The notes beneath the pieces were generated by a model, which was given only the letters and a program-made list of their open reading frames with translations, did not search any database and had not been told where the DNA came from. The position numbers were made by a program, and so were the translations under genes. Shown here one piece after another: positions 1-12,488 of a stretch of DNA of 64,000 bases (position 1 is its first letter; each line of letters begins with the position of its first letter). The DNA lies in NCBI GenBank assembly GCA_022813865.1, contig JALDZX010000017.1, positions 1 to 64,000 on the forward strand, read 5' to 3'. Source of the DNA: Xylographa opegraphella. Lineage: Eukaryota.

Positions 1-250
1 GATTAAGCAATGCACTGTTACCTGCTGCCATTACCTGCGCCTAGTGATTAGTTTCAATAAAAACGAGGTTAATAAGTAAACTTTAGGTATAATTTCTATT
101 AATTCTATTTATAGAAGAATATTAGTATAAGAATAGATATATACAGGGGTATATGCACTATTATGCAAGCAGGGGCTACCCCCTACTAGCGGACTTTAAG
201 GACTTTTGGTGTGTGGCTCCGTACCTTAGTTAAGGTAGGTAAGTCCTACG
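1..250. other. AT/TpA-rich segment, possible RIP-degraded repeat edge
   Basis: Visibly AT-rich with dense TpA (ttagtataagaatagatatata) compared with the rest of the window. No ORF. Truncated by the window edge. Confidence 0.3.
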
Positions 251-1115
251 ATGTCTACAGGCCGCTAGTCAGACTACGTGATCCCCTATCTTATAACTAC
301 CGTATGCCAAACACATGGCAGCACTTAGCCGGTTGGTCTGTATCAGGTAATGCGTGGTATGTGTAGGAACTCTTTTGAGAGGGTTTGTGGCGTACAAGAA
401 ACATGCTTGACACAAACCACAAGCCGGGAAGGCGAATACGAGCCCACGAAAACAGCATTGGAACAACGGTAAAAAGAAGATGGTTTGGGTATGGCTATCA
501 TTGGTCATAGATATGTCGAGCTGATAGAGTTCAAGCTCGATGAGCATTGACTAATCTGCCTCCCCTGTGGAAACAATTACCTGATTGCTATCCTATCTAC
601 CTCCCAATGTGAGTGGGAGTGGGTGAACCCCAGGTCAAGCTGGTGTGTAGTCACTAACATCGTTTCAACAGTAAGACCTTCAAACCCTTCTCGATACAAT
701 TACTCTCCCCACTCCCCGCTATTCCAGCCTTCGACCTCAGCGGCTCATATTTGTTGTCTGCAACCTCTCCCAGCAATCGCTGAAGCTCTACCTCTGGTTC
801 CTTATTCGCAACCCTCATTATCTCTCTATGGCTTGTAGTTTGTAGACTTCCAGTGCTCCGCCTCAGCCGGATGGAATGAGGTGTTTATTGATCAGAGAAA
901 TCTCTCTCTGTGTCAAAATAAACGGCTGCCTCAAGTTGTACAATATCCTTCCATTGTTCACGAAGTAATACTAGTCGTGTACATACGTACTCTCCCTAAC
1001 TTCGTAAGAATCACAGTCATTGGAACCATCCTTTACCCAGTCCCTAAATTCCTCCGTCGTCACAAATTGCTCTGCCAACTCTTACTATACCACTCAATAC
1101 TTTCACCATCCTGAC

Positions 1116-1178
1116 CACACCCGTCTATACTTTCGTCACACCCGTCTATACTTTCGTCACACCCCTCTCTACTTTCAC
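1116..1178. repeat. 21-bp minisatellite, 3 copies (CACACCCGTCTATACTTTCGT)
   Basis: Two exact copies (1116-1136, 1137-1157) and one degenerate copy, immediately downstream of the oxidoreductase stop codon. Confidence 0.85.
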
Positions 1179-1183
1179 CACCC

Positions 1184-3253
1184 TCACCACGCCCCTCCAA
1201 CATCTTTTCCCCTCCAGAGCTTGAATCCCCCAGGACATAGAGTCTGAAACACCCCTTGCGGGTCATACTTCCGGCTCACCTCACGCAACCTCGCCACGCT
1301 CTCCGGCCCGTAACTCGCAATGGGGTCTTGGCTCTGTAGCGCATAGTTGAGGTAGACGAACTCATTATACAGGTTCTGGGACTTGGCGTACGCGATTGAT
1401 TGTGCCAGTAGGGTCTGCGTTGCCTTCAGGACGGCCGTGTCGTCTTTGACCAGGGCGTATTGCAGGGTGAGATCAAGCCCTATTTGGGAAGAAGTTGGGT
1501 CAGGGGACTGAATATACAAAGTAGGTACGAGATGAAGACGGGGGTTTGGGAATGAGAATAACGGAGAGCGATTGTATATTAGAAGTAAGTAGACAGAAAC
1601 TGAGTTGGCAGGAGCCGCGTTGAGGCTGGATATGGCGATGAGCAAAGATCAAGGGTGATAGCCGACTCACAAACGAGGTTGCCGTGCTCGGCACCTAGGC
1701 CGAGAGAATTTCCGCCCGTGAGAGCCGCTTTGCTGATGATGGCGGTGGAAATGGGTTGCAGCACGAAGCTAGCTTGAAATTTGGTGATGTTTTGGATAGG
1801 TAAGAAGGCGGCGCGTGCTAGTGTGAAGAGGTGCGCGAGGAGAGCGGCGTCGGCGGCGAAGGTCGCGGTACCAAAAAGCTGACTTGAGGGAGAGGGTGTT
1901 AGCGGACTCTTTTCGGGGATGAGAGTCAGGAAGCCAAGCTCGAGCGGATGCTAAAATGCTACAGCGGTAGATCGAGTGTGCTTACCGGAAGCCGTTGGGT
2001 GTCCCTACCCCTGTGGCAATGTTAGTTGGCCAAATACCGTTACTATAAAGAGACCCCTGCTAACCTAGTTCTGTCGTGAGATCGGTAAGATTGGTGATGC
2101 GCAATGTATTGGATATCTGAGGTTGAACGCTAGTGAAATTTTCAAGGATTGAAGGAAAAGGCTCGGGCTTGGTGTACGTGAACTGGTTGGCAATAGCACT
2201 TGGTCCATTGGCGCCGAAAATGTATGCATTAATAACCGAGGCATGCGGGTCGGCTCCGTTGCCAGAAGCCATGGCGAAGTCTTCTATATATTTAAACTGT
2301 TCTGCAGCAGTTTCGATCGGGTTGAGCACGAAGCCTCCCCATAGCTTCCCTTGTACAAAGGTTTTGAGGTCGAAGCGTGTGACTACACCAAAATTGTTGG
2401 TGCCTCCTTTTAATGCGCGGAATAGGTCACGGTTCTCCATTATATTGGCATTGATGGTTTTGCCGGAGCCAAGAACGACCTGGACACGATGAGAAATTAA
2501 CGCACATTACTGAATCGCATTGGGAAGTCCCACCTCGTAATTGTGTACGTTGTCACAAGCAAATCCATGCTGTGCTGCAAAGAAGGAGTTTCCTCCTGAT
2601 TTAATTGGTCAGCATGTTCATGAGATTGCGGTGTAGAAGTGAACAACCTCCGGTAAGCAGACCCCCAACTCCAACCTCAGCGACCCGACCGCCAGCCACG
2701 GCAAGTCCCATCCTATCCAGCTTGAGGTAAACGTCTTGCCAACGCGCTCCACCACCAACCGAGGTAATCTTAGAGTTGGCAGAGACATCAACCTGGTTGA
2801 TCGCGCTAAGATCAATGGTAACTCCGTCCTGGATATTGGCTGCTCCAGCCCAGCTCATGTGACCGCCACCACGCACAGCAAACAAGCAACGATTTTTCCC
2901 TAGGACTGAGATCGCCATTGCCACATCATCTGAGCATGCTGGCAATATTCGGCAGGTTGGTAAGACAGATGCTTCCTGCTGCGTCCAGTATCCGAAAAGG
3001 CCAGACTGATAATTATCATATGCCGGGCTTTGAGGATACAGCACTTTACCGCCAAGACGTTTTTGTACTTGAAGACACTTCGCATCAGTGTAAGTCAGTG
3101 AACGAGGTTCTGCAAGTTGGTATGGCTTACACATTGACGAGAACTGTCGTCGGCGCCGCTGTTCAACTCTGCAGTAGTAGGGTGGTTTGGGTAAGAGCAA
3201 GCTGTCCGGAGAATGATCACAGCGACCAGAACAGGGAATTGATAAGAGACCAT
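1184..3253 (-). CDS. Secreted FAD-linked oxidoreductase (FAD_binding_4 / BBE-like), about 7 exons
   Basis: Signal-like N-terminus MVSYQFPVLVAVIIL. Motifs FAVRGGGHMSWAGAANI, VGVGGLLTGGG, DLFRALKGGTNNFGVVTRFD and C-terminal YLNYA...KYDPQGVFQ..PGGFKL. GT-AG introns join the ORF pieces, including a 25-nt exon near 1986-2010. Confidence 0.92.
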
Positions 3254-4724
3254 AATGCTTTCGGTACTAAAAGAATGACTGAAAGGAACCACTGACGAGG
3301 ACGATTGAGAAAAGAAGAAACATGCAAAGTACTAAAGTAATGCTTTGCACTCACGCAGTATGAGAAATCCCCAGCAAGGGCACCAGTGCGCTTCTTGTAC
3401 AGGATTCCCCACCTGTGGAGTGAATAGAAAAACTTTAGCCATGTTTTCCACGCGACCTCAGGACGGGATGATCATTTGAACAGGAAGGTAGTAGAACGTT
3501 GGAAGCTCCACAAAGGCTCGACATCTCGGAGAATTAAACGAGCACGAATCAAAGGCGCTGCTCTCGGTGGAGGTATGTTCAGATCAGGCATCGTCCAGTC
3601 ATGATGTAGTCTAGTTGGTGCAAAGCTGGCATGGCCATAAGAAGCGCACCACACGGTACCTTGAATACCTCATACAACAGTCGGCCCAGCCATCGAGTGA
3701 GGCTAGAACGCGCAACTCTTCGCTGCGAGTCGTACAATCAGCAGGATTAGTCACTAACTTCGAAGCCGAGAGTCTCCGACCATAGCATACAAGTTTCAAT
3801 CTGTAGAGCTCCTGGCTAGGAAGGCGAGATCCCAGCAAGGAAGTGCCTATATCAACCGCGCGCTCCTCGCGCCAAGCTTTGTATTCCAGGAACTGCTTCG
3901 AGTCACTACCAGCCGGCCTTCCTCATGCAGAAAGACGAAAACAGCACGACAGTGCTTCTTGCATAGGTATTACACATGTGTGACCTCAGTCAACGGGCGA
4001 CATTCTGGGATGCGGTCTGTGGTCCACGTCACGTGGGGATCGACATCGTCTCTCGACATTCCGAGTACTTGTAGGATACACCTCAGGATGGCATTTCTCA
4101 TGTGAAGGCGGCAGTGTGTGGTGCGCTTCAATAGAGTAGTTGTCTCGCCACCGGACAGGCAGCTATCCCTGTCCACTCCCTCGTTTGTGGGACCTGGCAC
4201 CTCTGCACAATATGTGGGATGTGATACAGCAAGCTCACAAGGGGTTTACTCCGTTTGCGGATGCGTTTTCACTGCATTCCAACCCCTAGCGGGTACTCGC
4301 AGACGATCGCATGGCCACTTCTGACCTGCAGCTCGTCCTTCCGCTGGGGTTAAAGCTCTGCAGGGGGATGTGCAGTTTACTGGAGGCTGTAGACCGATGA
4401 AGCCTCCGCGGGCCTCCTAGGGCCTCCTAAAACAACTCCCTTAATCACAAGGCCTTGGACCCGAAAGCAAACATCTGCAGCAAGCCTTCGCTTCCGACCA
4501 CGAAGAGAGCCAATTCTTTCACGGCTGTCTCTGTTCCAATTTGAATTCTACTGGCGGATATCACTTTCCTGAACCTATCTGCGCCCGACAATCGATCCTT
4601 GCAGCGCACCATGTCGTACCGGTGAGCCGGTCTCCTTGCTTCCTGTATATTTGGTTTATATTCGAGACTCGACCTTTTCACCTTCCGTCCGGTTCATGTA
4701 TTTCCGACGGTTCAATGCTGTGTC

Positions 4725-6186
4725 ATGGCCATCAATATCAATGGTATCACGCCTCCGCTTCTGCTGGTAGTACACTCTGGAGCATTGATGAGGGCCATTT
4801 GCTGATCTCGAGTAGGGCGTAATGTGGGCAGGTGTCTCTCTGGCGGCTGTCTTTACCATCATCAGGACCACGATTCGCCTTCATATTTCGAGGAGACTAT
4901 TTGTTGATGATGCATTTGTCTATCTTGCCTTGTCTATCCTCATTGCAATGGCAGTATTGTACACCCTCATCAACGACATCATCTTCCAGGTTGTGCTGGT
5001 TGGGGACGGTCTGGTACCCCCCTCTCCCGACTTCATCAATCAACTACCATTCTTCCTCAAAGTCCAATTTGCTATCATCGTGCTGTTCTGGACGACTTTA
5101 TGGGCTGTCAAGTGGTCATTCCTGACCTACTACAAGAAGCTCTTCATCGGATTGCCGGGGCGCATGCAAAATTGCTGGTGGGCGGTGGTGGTCTTCTCAA
5201 TTCTCGCTTATGTCGGGTGCTGGGTTACCCAATTACTATCCTGCACACCTATATCGACCTATTTCGATGACAACTGTCAGACTCCAAGGGATATTTATAT
5301 ATCGAACCTGAGCTTATACTATGCGATGGGGGTTGATGTTGTGTGCGACATTCTGAGTGAGCTGCCCGAGCTGCCCGAGCTGCCCGAGCTGCATCTGTGA
5401 ACTCGCAGCTTACACACTGAATAGTCATGGCTCTACCTCTTCGGCTTCTTTGGGGTCTCAAGGTCAATTTGCAACAGAAAGTTGCCTTAGCTGCCATATT
5501 CTCCCTTGGGTTCATTATCATCGCCTTCGCAGTCGTTCGAGTCGTCGAAACCGGTGCCACGTTCAAACACGTCAATCCCATGTGGTTGGCATTGTGGTCG
5601 ATGATCGAAGCGAGCGTCGGTAAGCACTTCTCGAACGAGTTCAGATTCGCACAAAGCCCGGTGGTTCAAAAAGAGAGATTTTGGGTTAGCTAATCATTCA
5701 TTTAATTTCAGCCGTGATCGTATCCTGCCTCCCGTCCTTTCGAGCACTCTTTTCGAGCCGATCTGCTTCCAACTACAAAGACCACACCCCTTCATCAGGA
5801 TCGCGCCTTTCGAGGCTTTCACGCACACCAAAGGGTGCTGTACGGCTTGAGAACCATGCCGCCAGTGGAAAGAGTCATGTAAGATTCTCCCAGCCGGACG
5901 GTAATCTCACCTCGGATGACCTCAGTAGACTCACTGCGAACCCTCCAAATACTGGTTATACTGTCGGAGCTGAAGGACTGCATCGGATGGACACAATACC
6001 ACGGAATAGGCCATATAATGAGAGCCAGGAGGATATCTTGCCAATCATGCCGCAAAACGGTGTGCTTGTGAGAAATGATTTCGTGAGGGCTCTTTCTTCA
6101 TCATTGAGAATCAATCTACTAACACATTGCTGAAGTACATGACCTCAGAGATCGTCGATGTGTCAGACGTGAGGTGGGAACACTAG
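4725..6186 (+). CDS. Pth11-like / fungal rhodopsin-domain 7TM integral membrane protein (no CFEM domain seen), 5 exons
   Basis: Motifs RRLFVDDAF, LWAVKWSFL..Y, DVVCDILIMALP..LW.L, QKVAL..IFSLG and WSMIEASVAVIVSCLPSFR. Introns at about 4767-4815, 5357-5424, 5620-5711 and 6083-6135. Confidence 0.88.
5359..5392. repeat. 9-bp tandem repeat GAGCTGCCC, about 3.8 copies, in an intron overlapping the 5' splice site
   Basis: Read directly: gt-gagctgccc-gagctgccc-gagctgccc-gagctgc. Confidence 0.85.
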
Positions 6187-6855
6187 AAGTTCGAATGAGC
6201 TATGATACTTGCGGTTTTAGACCCTACTACAAAAGTTGGGCAATTCATATTTGACGAACGTGTGCCTAACTTTAGGACTGCAATATACCTGCTGATGGAA
6301 TGTTATCATAGCGCTGGGGTCTGGAGTATGGAGGGATCCCACAATTCGGCATACGTTGACGAGCTATATCCGCACAGTCTAAGTTTCGGGATGTGTATAT
6401 GGAGTAGGAATAGATGAATAGAGAAAATTCTTCCAAGGGTAAATCTTGGAAGGCAACTATCCTATGGCTTTTTCTCACGCCTGGAAAACATCGATCACAT
6501 CGTTATTAGATCCTAGAATAGCTCAACTTCGGCACTTTAGGGCGATATTGAATGGCCTGACTCCCTCGGCAAAGTAAAACGTGCAAAATCATGTACAGAA
6601 GGAAGAGATGACCATTCAAATTCTCTACACAATCCGTACCGCCTAATTTCCATGAGCAGGTGTTGCGAAGGTGATTCGGTCGTGCCCTCTTTTTCAATTG
6701 TATGGGATTCGAAATGTCCCAAACTTGAAACATGATTGTTCTCTACCTAAGCTACATGCCCGGAGCTAATATGTTCGTCAATTCGATATGTAAACATCAC
6801 CATGCGGGTGACTAAAATACCGTCTAGTTTCTGCCTCACTATTCTATAGTGCCTG

Positions 6856-8326
6856 ATGCTCTTTCTCCGGCAAACCAGGAGAGTTCAACCTGTTTCGGCT
6901 CTTACGACACGTAGAAGGAGTAAGTCCTTCGGTGGTAATCTAGAAGTCGCCGGTGATCATGTGCTAACGATGTTCTTGTCCTTTCTCCAGTGGCTTCACC
7001 AACAGCTTCTTCTTTTGTAGGGCAATCAGCTCAGCAACATGCTGTTGTTTCCACCACGGCGGCTCCAGCTATCAATGGACAGGTCGTCGCAGTACCTACC
7101 AATCGCCTCCGGTTCGTTGACGTAGGTCAGCATTCCATCTCTTAGAGCGTCAAATCATGTTGCATGGCAAAACGATGTCTAACTTCGAACAGGTAGGGAT
7201 CAATCTCGGTGATCCAATTTATCGCGGGATACACCACGGCAAACAGTCACACGAGGATGATTTGGATGCAGTATTACAAAGAGCCGTGGAAGCAGGATGC
7301 CTAAAACTCATGGTCACCGGGTCTGACCTGGTGGAATCTCGAAATGCTATCAAGATAGCTGAAGAACATCGTGAGTGGACTTCATTCCAACGACACCGGG
7401 AATCACTGTCCTGTGGATGGCCCCCTGTCTCTTCTGGCTCTGTGATACAGGAATTGATTGGTTCATTCTGTAGCTGGACTATGCTATGCTACAGTGGGTG
7501 TACATCCGTGCTCAGCCAAATCGTTCGACAACTACGAAGGAGGACCAGACGCGCTTCTCAGAGATCTACGGGCGCTGGCAATGGAAGCGAAAGAGGCCGG
7601 CCATGCTACCGCATTCGGAGAGATTGGCTTAGATTACGATCGATTATATCTCTCAGAGAAAGAACCCCAGCTCAAGTACTTTGAAGCTCAACTTGACATT
7701 GCGGAAGCAGTGCAGCTTCCACTATTCCTACATTCAAGAGCAGCAAGCGAAGACTTCGAAAGACTTCTCGCACCGCGGCTGCCACGATTACCGAAAAAGG
7801 GCCTGGTGCACAGCTTTACAGGCACCACCAAGGAAATGGAAAGGCTGGTGGCATTGGGATTAGATATCGGGGTCAATGGCTGCAGCATGAAGACGGAGGA
7901 AAATTTGGACGTCGTCCGTGCGATACCCTTGGATCGAATGCAAATCGAGACTGATGGACCTTGGGTAAATCCAAATCTATGATGCAGGTTTCTGCAGATT
8001 TTTTTTTTGCTAATGCTCAATTATTCAGTGTGACATGAGAGCATCCCATGCCTCCGCAAAATATAGAACTGCGGCTCCACCTCTTCCGAAGGCTGTCAAG
8101 AAGGAGAAATGGGAAAAAGGGCTCATGGTGAAGGGCCGCAACGAGCCAGCCACAGTATCTCACGTTGCTCATGTGGTCGCCAGTGTCAAAGGTATCTCGA
8201 TAGAGGAGGTGTGCGAAGCGTAAGTAAAGTTACACGGAAACGTGTCATAACATGACGCTAATCCAATGGCGCAGAGCGTGGAATAACTCAATCAAGATGT
8301 TTGGGCTGGGGGAAGCACCAGTATAA
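6856..8326 (+). CDS. TatD-family (TATDN1-like) nuclease, 6 exons, with an Arg-rich N-terminal extension
   Basis: Motifs FVDVGINL.DP.YRG..HGK, TVGVHP, GEIGLDYDRL, PLFLHSR, VHSFTG, ETDGPWC and KGRNEP. All introns are GT-AG. Confidence 0.92.
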
Positions 8327-8976
8327 TAAAATCGTCTGCGGGCTCCACACCACCGAACAGTTTTGCTTCCTGAAATCATCGACACATGGACTGGCGGCGT
8401 AAGCGGCGGCGCTGCACGTTTATAGCCGGCAATGTGCTTGAACGAATGACTGTGTCCTAGCGTAACGCACTGTTAAAGTCATTCATTGCAAACCTGCACC
8501 TCGTAACGATGAGTAAGGCAGGATGATGTGTGATGTTCATGTTTTATCACACGAGCTGGACGCCTTGAGTGATTTACAGTAGCAGAGCACGTGCCCAGTC
8601 CAGTCAGAACCCACACCTTATTAGCTTCCTCAGCACCCGAGGGAGACCTTAATTTGTGATCCACATGCCCAACTACCGCCTTTATTCCTTTCCCATCCTA
8701 CTTTCCTCCTGATTTACTTCGCTCCTGTATTCGTTGGGCTTATCTCGGTGGCAGATCTCACTGCGAATACGTTACCCCGGTACACAATGGATCTGAAGGA
8801 GAACCAAATCTCTGCACGATACTCGCGTGGAAGATGTCGTTAGTTTCTGGCTAGAGAGGGAGGTACGTCGATTACAACTTCCGCAGATGAGAGCGTTCCA
8901 TTCTGCGAGATCATCTTCATTATACGCACCTAGTCATAGCGGTAATTTGATGATGCTAACACCATATGCAGTCTTC

Positions 8977-9066
8977 TCCGTCCGCCGCCGCGACTCTGTC
9001 CGCCGCTGCGACTCTGTCCGCCGCTGCGACTCTGTCCGCCGCTGCGACTCTGTCCGCCGTCGCGAC
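8977..9066. repeat. 18-bp minisatellite, 5 copies (TCTGTCCGCCGCTGCGAC)
   Basis: Three exact internal copies and two near-exact terminal copies, upstream of the phosphatase CDS. Confidence 0.92.
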
Positions 9067-9289
9067 ACCCGCCCTCCGGCTACCTTAACGACTTGGCCGA
9101 CAGGTTTGCCTGTGTTGTCTCGTCACGGCAGCCACGCACGCCTGTGTTCATACCCTCTATACGAAGCTGTCTTTTACCTCGCACTCCCACGTTCCAACTC
9201 GTTCCCAACTCCCCTCGTATACTTCGCCATCTTCTTGCATCCACTTTTACCAACAAGTGTTCGGTGAGGATCTTGTCAGTAGAACATCA

Positions 9290-10246
9290 ATGACACCCGA
9301 AATGGAACAAGACATGATTGGTGATCATCGTCGTCTCCTTGTAGCGGCTGAGCAGTCGGGAGCTAAGAATGGCGGCAAGCAGAGTTCTCTGTATTCTGGT
9401 ACTACTCTTCCTCTATTCCTTACTGCAAATGGGATTTTCGCACAGTATCGGGCACAGCCTAACATGCGGAACCGTGGTAGGATGCTCAGTGGAAGGTAGT
9501 GTCGAGGAAAGCGAGCCATCTTCTCCGAATGCCGGTCCACCTGCGAATTTTCACGAGGTCGTCCCGGGCATATATCGTAGCAGCTTCCCCAGACTAGGCA
9601 ACTTTGAGTTCTTGGGGACCTTGGGGTTGAAGACTATATTGTATGTACTTAATCTGGCCGGTATTCAGAATGTAAGCTGACCCAACTCAAAGGACTTTGG
9701 TCGACGAAGAATATCCTGGAGAGAATAAAGAATTTGTAGCTGTGAATGGCATTACACACGTACAGATCGCGATACCACCCAACAAAAACCCTTCCGATGT
9801 CATTCCGCCACATTTGATGGCAATGGCTCTTGAGCTACTACTCGATAAACGCTATCACCCCCTCCTTGTGCACTGTAACAAGGGCAAGGTAAGTCACACT
9901 CGAACAGCTACAGTTGAAGCAGCTCTGACCTCGCATCCAGCATCGGACTGGTTGCGTGGTTGGCTGCTACCGAAAAATGAACGATGTCCCAATGGGTGCT
10001 ATCATCAACGAGTACCGCAGGTATGCAGGGGTCAAAGCTCGAATCCTAGACGAGAAGTTCATCGAGACATTCGATGAGAATGCCATGTACACCAGGCTCG
10101 ACGACATGGTACTGGCAAGGGCCGCTCAGCGACGTCCACTCATGACACCTCCGAACTCGGTGAAGGATGACTTCAAAGAGGACATTTTATCTTCGAGCCG
10201 GTCCCAACGTGGCAACTCAAAGGCTAGCGATGCTAGCCAGCCATAA
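9290..10246 (+). CDS. Siw14/OCA-family atypical dual-specificity (tyrosine / inositol-pyrophosphate) phosphatase
   Basis: Motifs PPANFHEVVPGIYRSSFP, LGLKTILTLV, catalytic [23 protein letters not shown] (split by an intron) and EYRRYAGVKARILDEKFIE. The start codon and first donor are approximate. Confidence 0.88.
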
Positions 10247-11768
10247 TTGAGTCTCCAATACCTAACTTGGAGGACTCATATGCAGCCAATTGGGAGCCAA
10301 GTTCACGAAGTCTGTTGCAACCCCTGGGACAACCTTCTCGATCAACATCAATTTCTCACATTGACTCCATTATGAATAGATCATAGAAATGCATATGGCG
10401 GACAGCGTGCCCTCTATTGGCGTTAAGTACTATTGGGTGGCTTGGATATCTGGCATATTTCGCATGCGTAAGGGGAGATACCTCGGGTGACTCAAAATGC
10501 TTGTGGGCATGCGGTGCTTGCATCAGGGGGGAGGCAAAGTTTGTATGCATGGTGTTTGGTGGAGAAAAATTTGCATCACTTTGACTGTGTTCATGCGGCA
10601 TGTATGAGAAGCTCCTGCTGGCGATGATACTTGGCAGCCGTGGAGTGAAAATGCGTGCGGCTGCTAGAGATATCATGCTTTTCCGACCCCGATACTGCTA
10701 TCCTACCAACCTGAGTGATGCTTCGACGTGATGGTGAAAGCACCCAATAAGCCACACCCCTCCGCTGAACCATTCCCACCCTCGGTGGCTCGGCTCCTCA
10801 ATCTCGCTTCCAGCGCCCCAAGAGCCTATGTATTTCTTGCTTCCTCGACACCCCTCCCCATCGCGCAATGGACCGAAACCCACCGTCGGAAATCAACCCT
10901 TCCCCGGGCGTACGAACTGGTAATCCCGCCCCTCTCCACGCCATGCCAAGGGGACCGGTCGGGCACGGAGAAAGATCTCGAAGGGGAAACTAGGTAGGTA
11001 CCTTAGGTTCACAGTACTCCGTGGTCGGAAAGGGTAAAGGCCAGGGTCCGTAGAACACATTGGGTAGGTAGGTGAGGTAGGTACTAAAAGGATAATAGCC
11101 GGCCACCTTCGCCCGACCGCGTTCCCTCTTTCCCCCTGAGCCTCTCCAGCGCTTTTTGCCTTGGGATCTTACTAGATACCACGGTGTGGGTTATAGGTAC
11201 CTTATGCGAGCATACCTTAGGTAGAGAAGGCTTCGCCACAGCTAACATCCTCAGCCCTATTGGGGGGACGTGGGCAAGACCACCGGGCGCCCGAGGCTTG
11301 GAAAAGTGATTTTAACCGCTGGGTAGCGAGCGGGTCCCGGGTTGAGTGATTTATTTTCGTCAAGGGGCGGGCGGGTTTTGCAATTGGGGAATAATGGAAT
11401 TTTCAGAGGGTCGTAAGGGAGTTCATGCAGTGCGAGCAGCTGACAGGCTTTGCTCATGTTCATTCTAGGTACCTTGGGTAGGCACGTAAGGTAGATAGCT
11501 TAGCTAGTTGGGCGTATGCGTCTAGCACGCTTTGCCCGGATCCGGTTTCTCACCAGCCACAGCCGGCCGGGTGAAGGGCCACAGCTGGCCCGGGCCCCCA
11601 GCGGCGGCACAAGAAGTCCCTGAGCCATCGCAGTGAAACTTGCGTTGGCAAGCAGGGCTCCGCCAGAGCCTGTGAGTTATAGCCTGCGAGCGTAACATTT
11701 TGGTCAAGAAGAGCAACGCCGGCTGGCTCGCATCCTTCGTCAGAAGTCCTCCCTACCAGCCATTCGTC

Positions 11769-12488
11769 TTACGACGGTCCGCCCTCCTCTCTTTTGACGC
11801 TGGGCCCGCTCCCTTCGGCCATGCTCTCCGGCGCGCGCGGCCCGACCATCCAGTCTTCCATCGCCAGCCACTCGCTCCAGCTCTTCTCCGCGGCGCCGAT
11901 CTCGGCGTCGACGGCGCCCTGCAGCGGCCGGAAGAAGGGCACCGTCTCCAGCGGCAGCATGTCGTAGTCCTTCTTGACGCTCGCCCAGCCGCCGCTCTTG
12001 GCGGCGAACAGATAGTTCCTCCGCTCCTGCTCGTGCAGCGGGCCCACGCCGGGGACCCAGTCGTCGCCGAAGAAGCCGTGCAGCACGCCGGGGAAGTCGA
12101 GCCCAGTGACGACGAGCCGGCGGAGGTAGGGGATCAGCGAGACGTGGGTGGGGAGCGGGGTCGTGGGTTGGGCCGGGTTGGGCCGCGGCGTGGAGGAGAG
12201 GGTGGACGTGGGTCGTTGGAAGGGCAGGTGGATGTTGAGGAAGGCGGAGACCGCTTGCACCGGGGCGGAGTGCTGGGCGTGGTCGAGGAAGTAGCGCTGG
12301 CAGGACTGGTATTTCGGGTACCACTCGAAGATGTCGAACTGCGGGTCGTCGGCGCGCTGGGGCGGAGGCGGGACGGGTGGTTGCGAGGCGAACGTGGTGG
12401 CGGGGTGGGGGAAGGGCGGAGAGCTGGAGTTCGGGTACGGGCCCGGAGGTTGTGAGGGGTGGGTCGAGGAAGAAGGTTGGTAAGACAT
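11769..12488 (-). CDS. Conserved Pezizomycotina protein of unknown function (239 aa). 5'UTR intron 12489-12560 ends directly at the ATG
   Basis: GC3-rich ORF with conserved-looking blocks QFDIFEWYP..QSC.RYFLDHAQH, SLIPYLRRLVVTG.D, HEQERRNYLFAAKS and WSEWLAMEDWM.GPRAP. Intron gtgcgt...ctgac...cag|ATG. TATA-like element near 12695-12701. Confidence 0.85.
   Translation of the reverse strand: MSYQPSSSTHPSQPPGPYPNSSSPPFPHPATTFASQPPVPPPPQRADDPQFDIFEWYPKYQSCQRYFLDHAQHSAPVQAVSAFLNIHLPFQRPTSTLSSTPRPNPAQPTTPLPTHVSLIPYLRRLVVTGLDFPGVLHGFFGDDWVPGVGPLHEQERRNYLFAAKSGGWASVKKDYDMLPLETVPFFRPLQGAVDAEIGAAEKSWSEWLAMEDWMVGPRAPESMAEGSGPSVKREEGGPS

Noticed and set aside
269..1100. Possible transposase relic next to the AT-rich edge
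   Set aside because: Only a vague MVW...IG resemblance. No DDE motif or terminal repeats are identifiable.
8977..9066. CRISPR-like array
   Set aside because: Head-to-tail repeats with no spacers, in a eukaryotic context.
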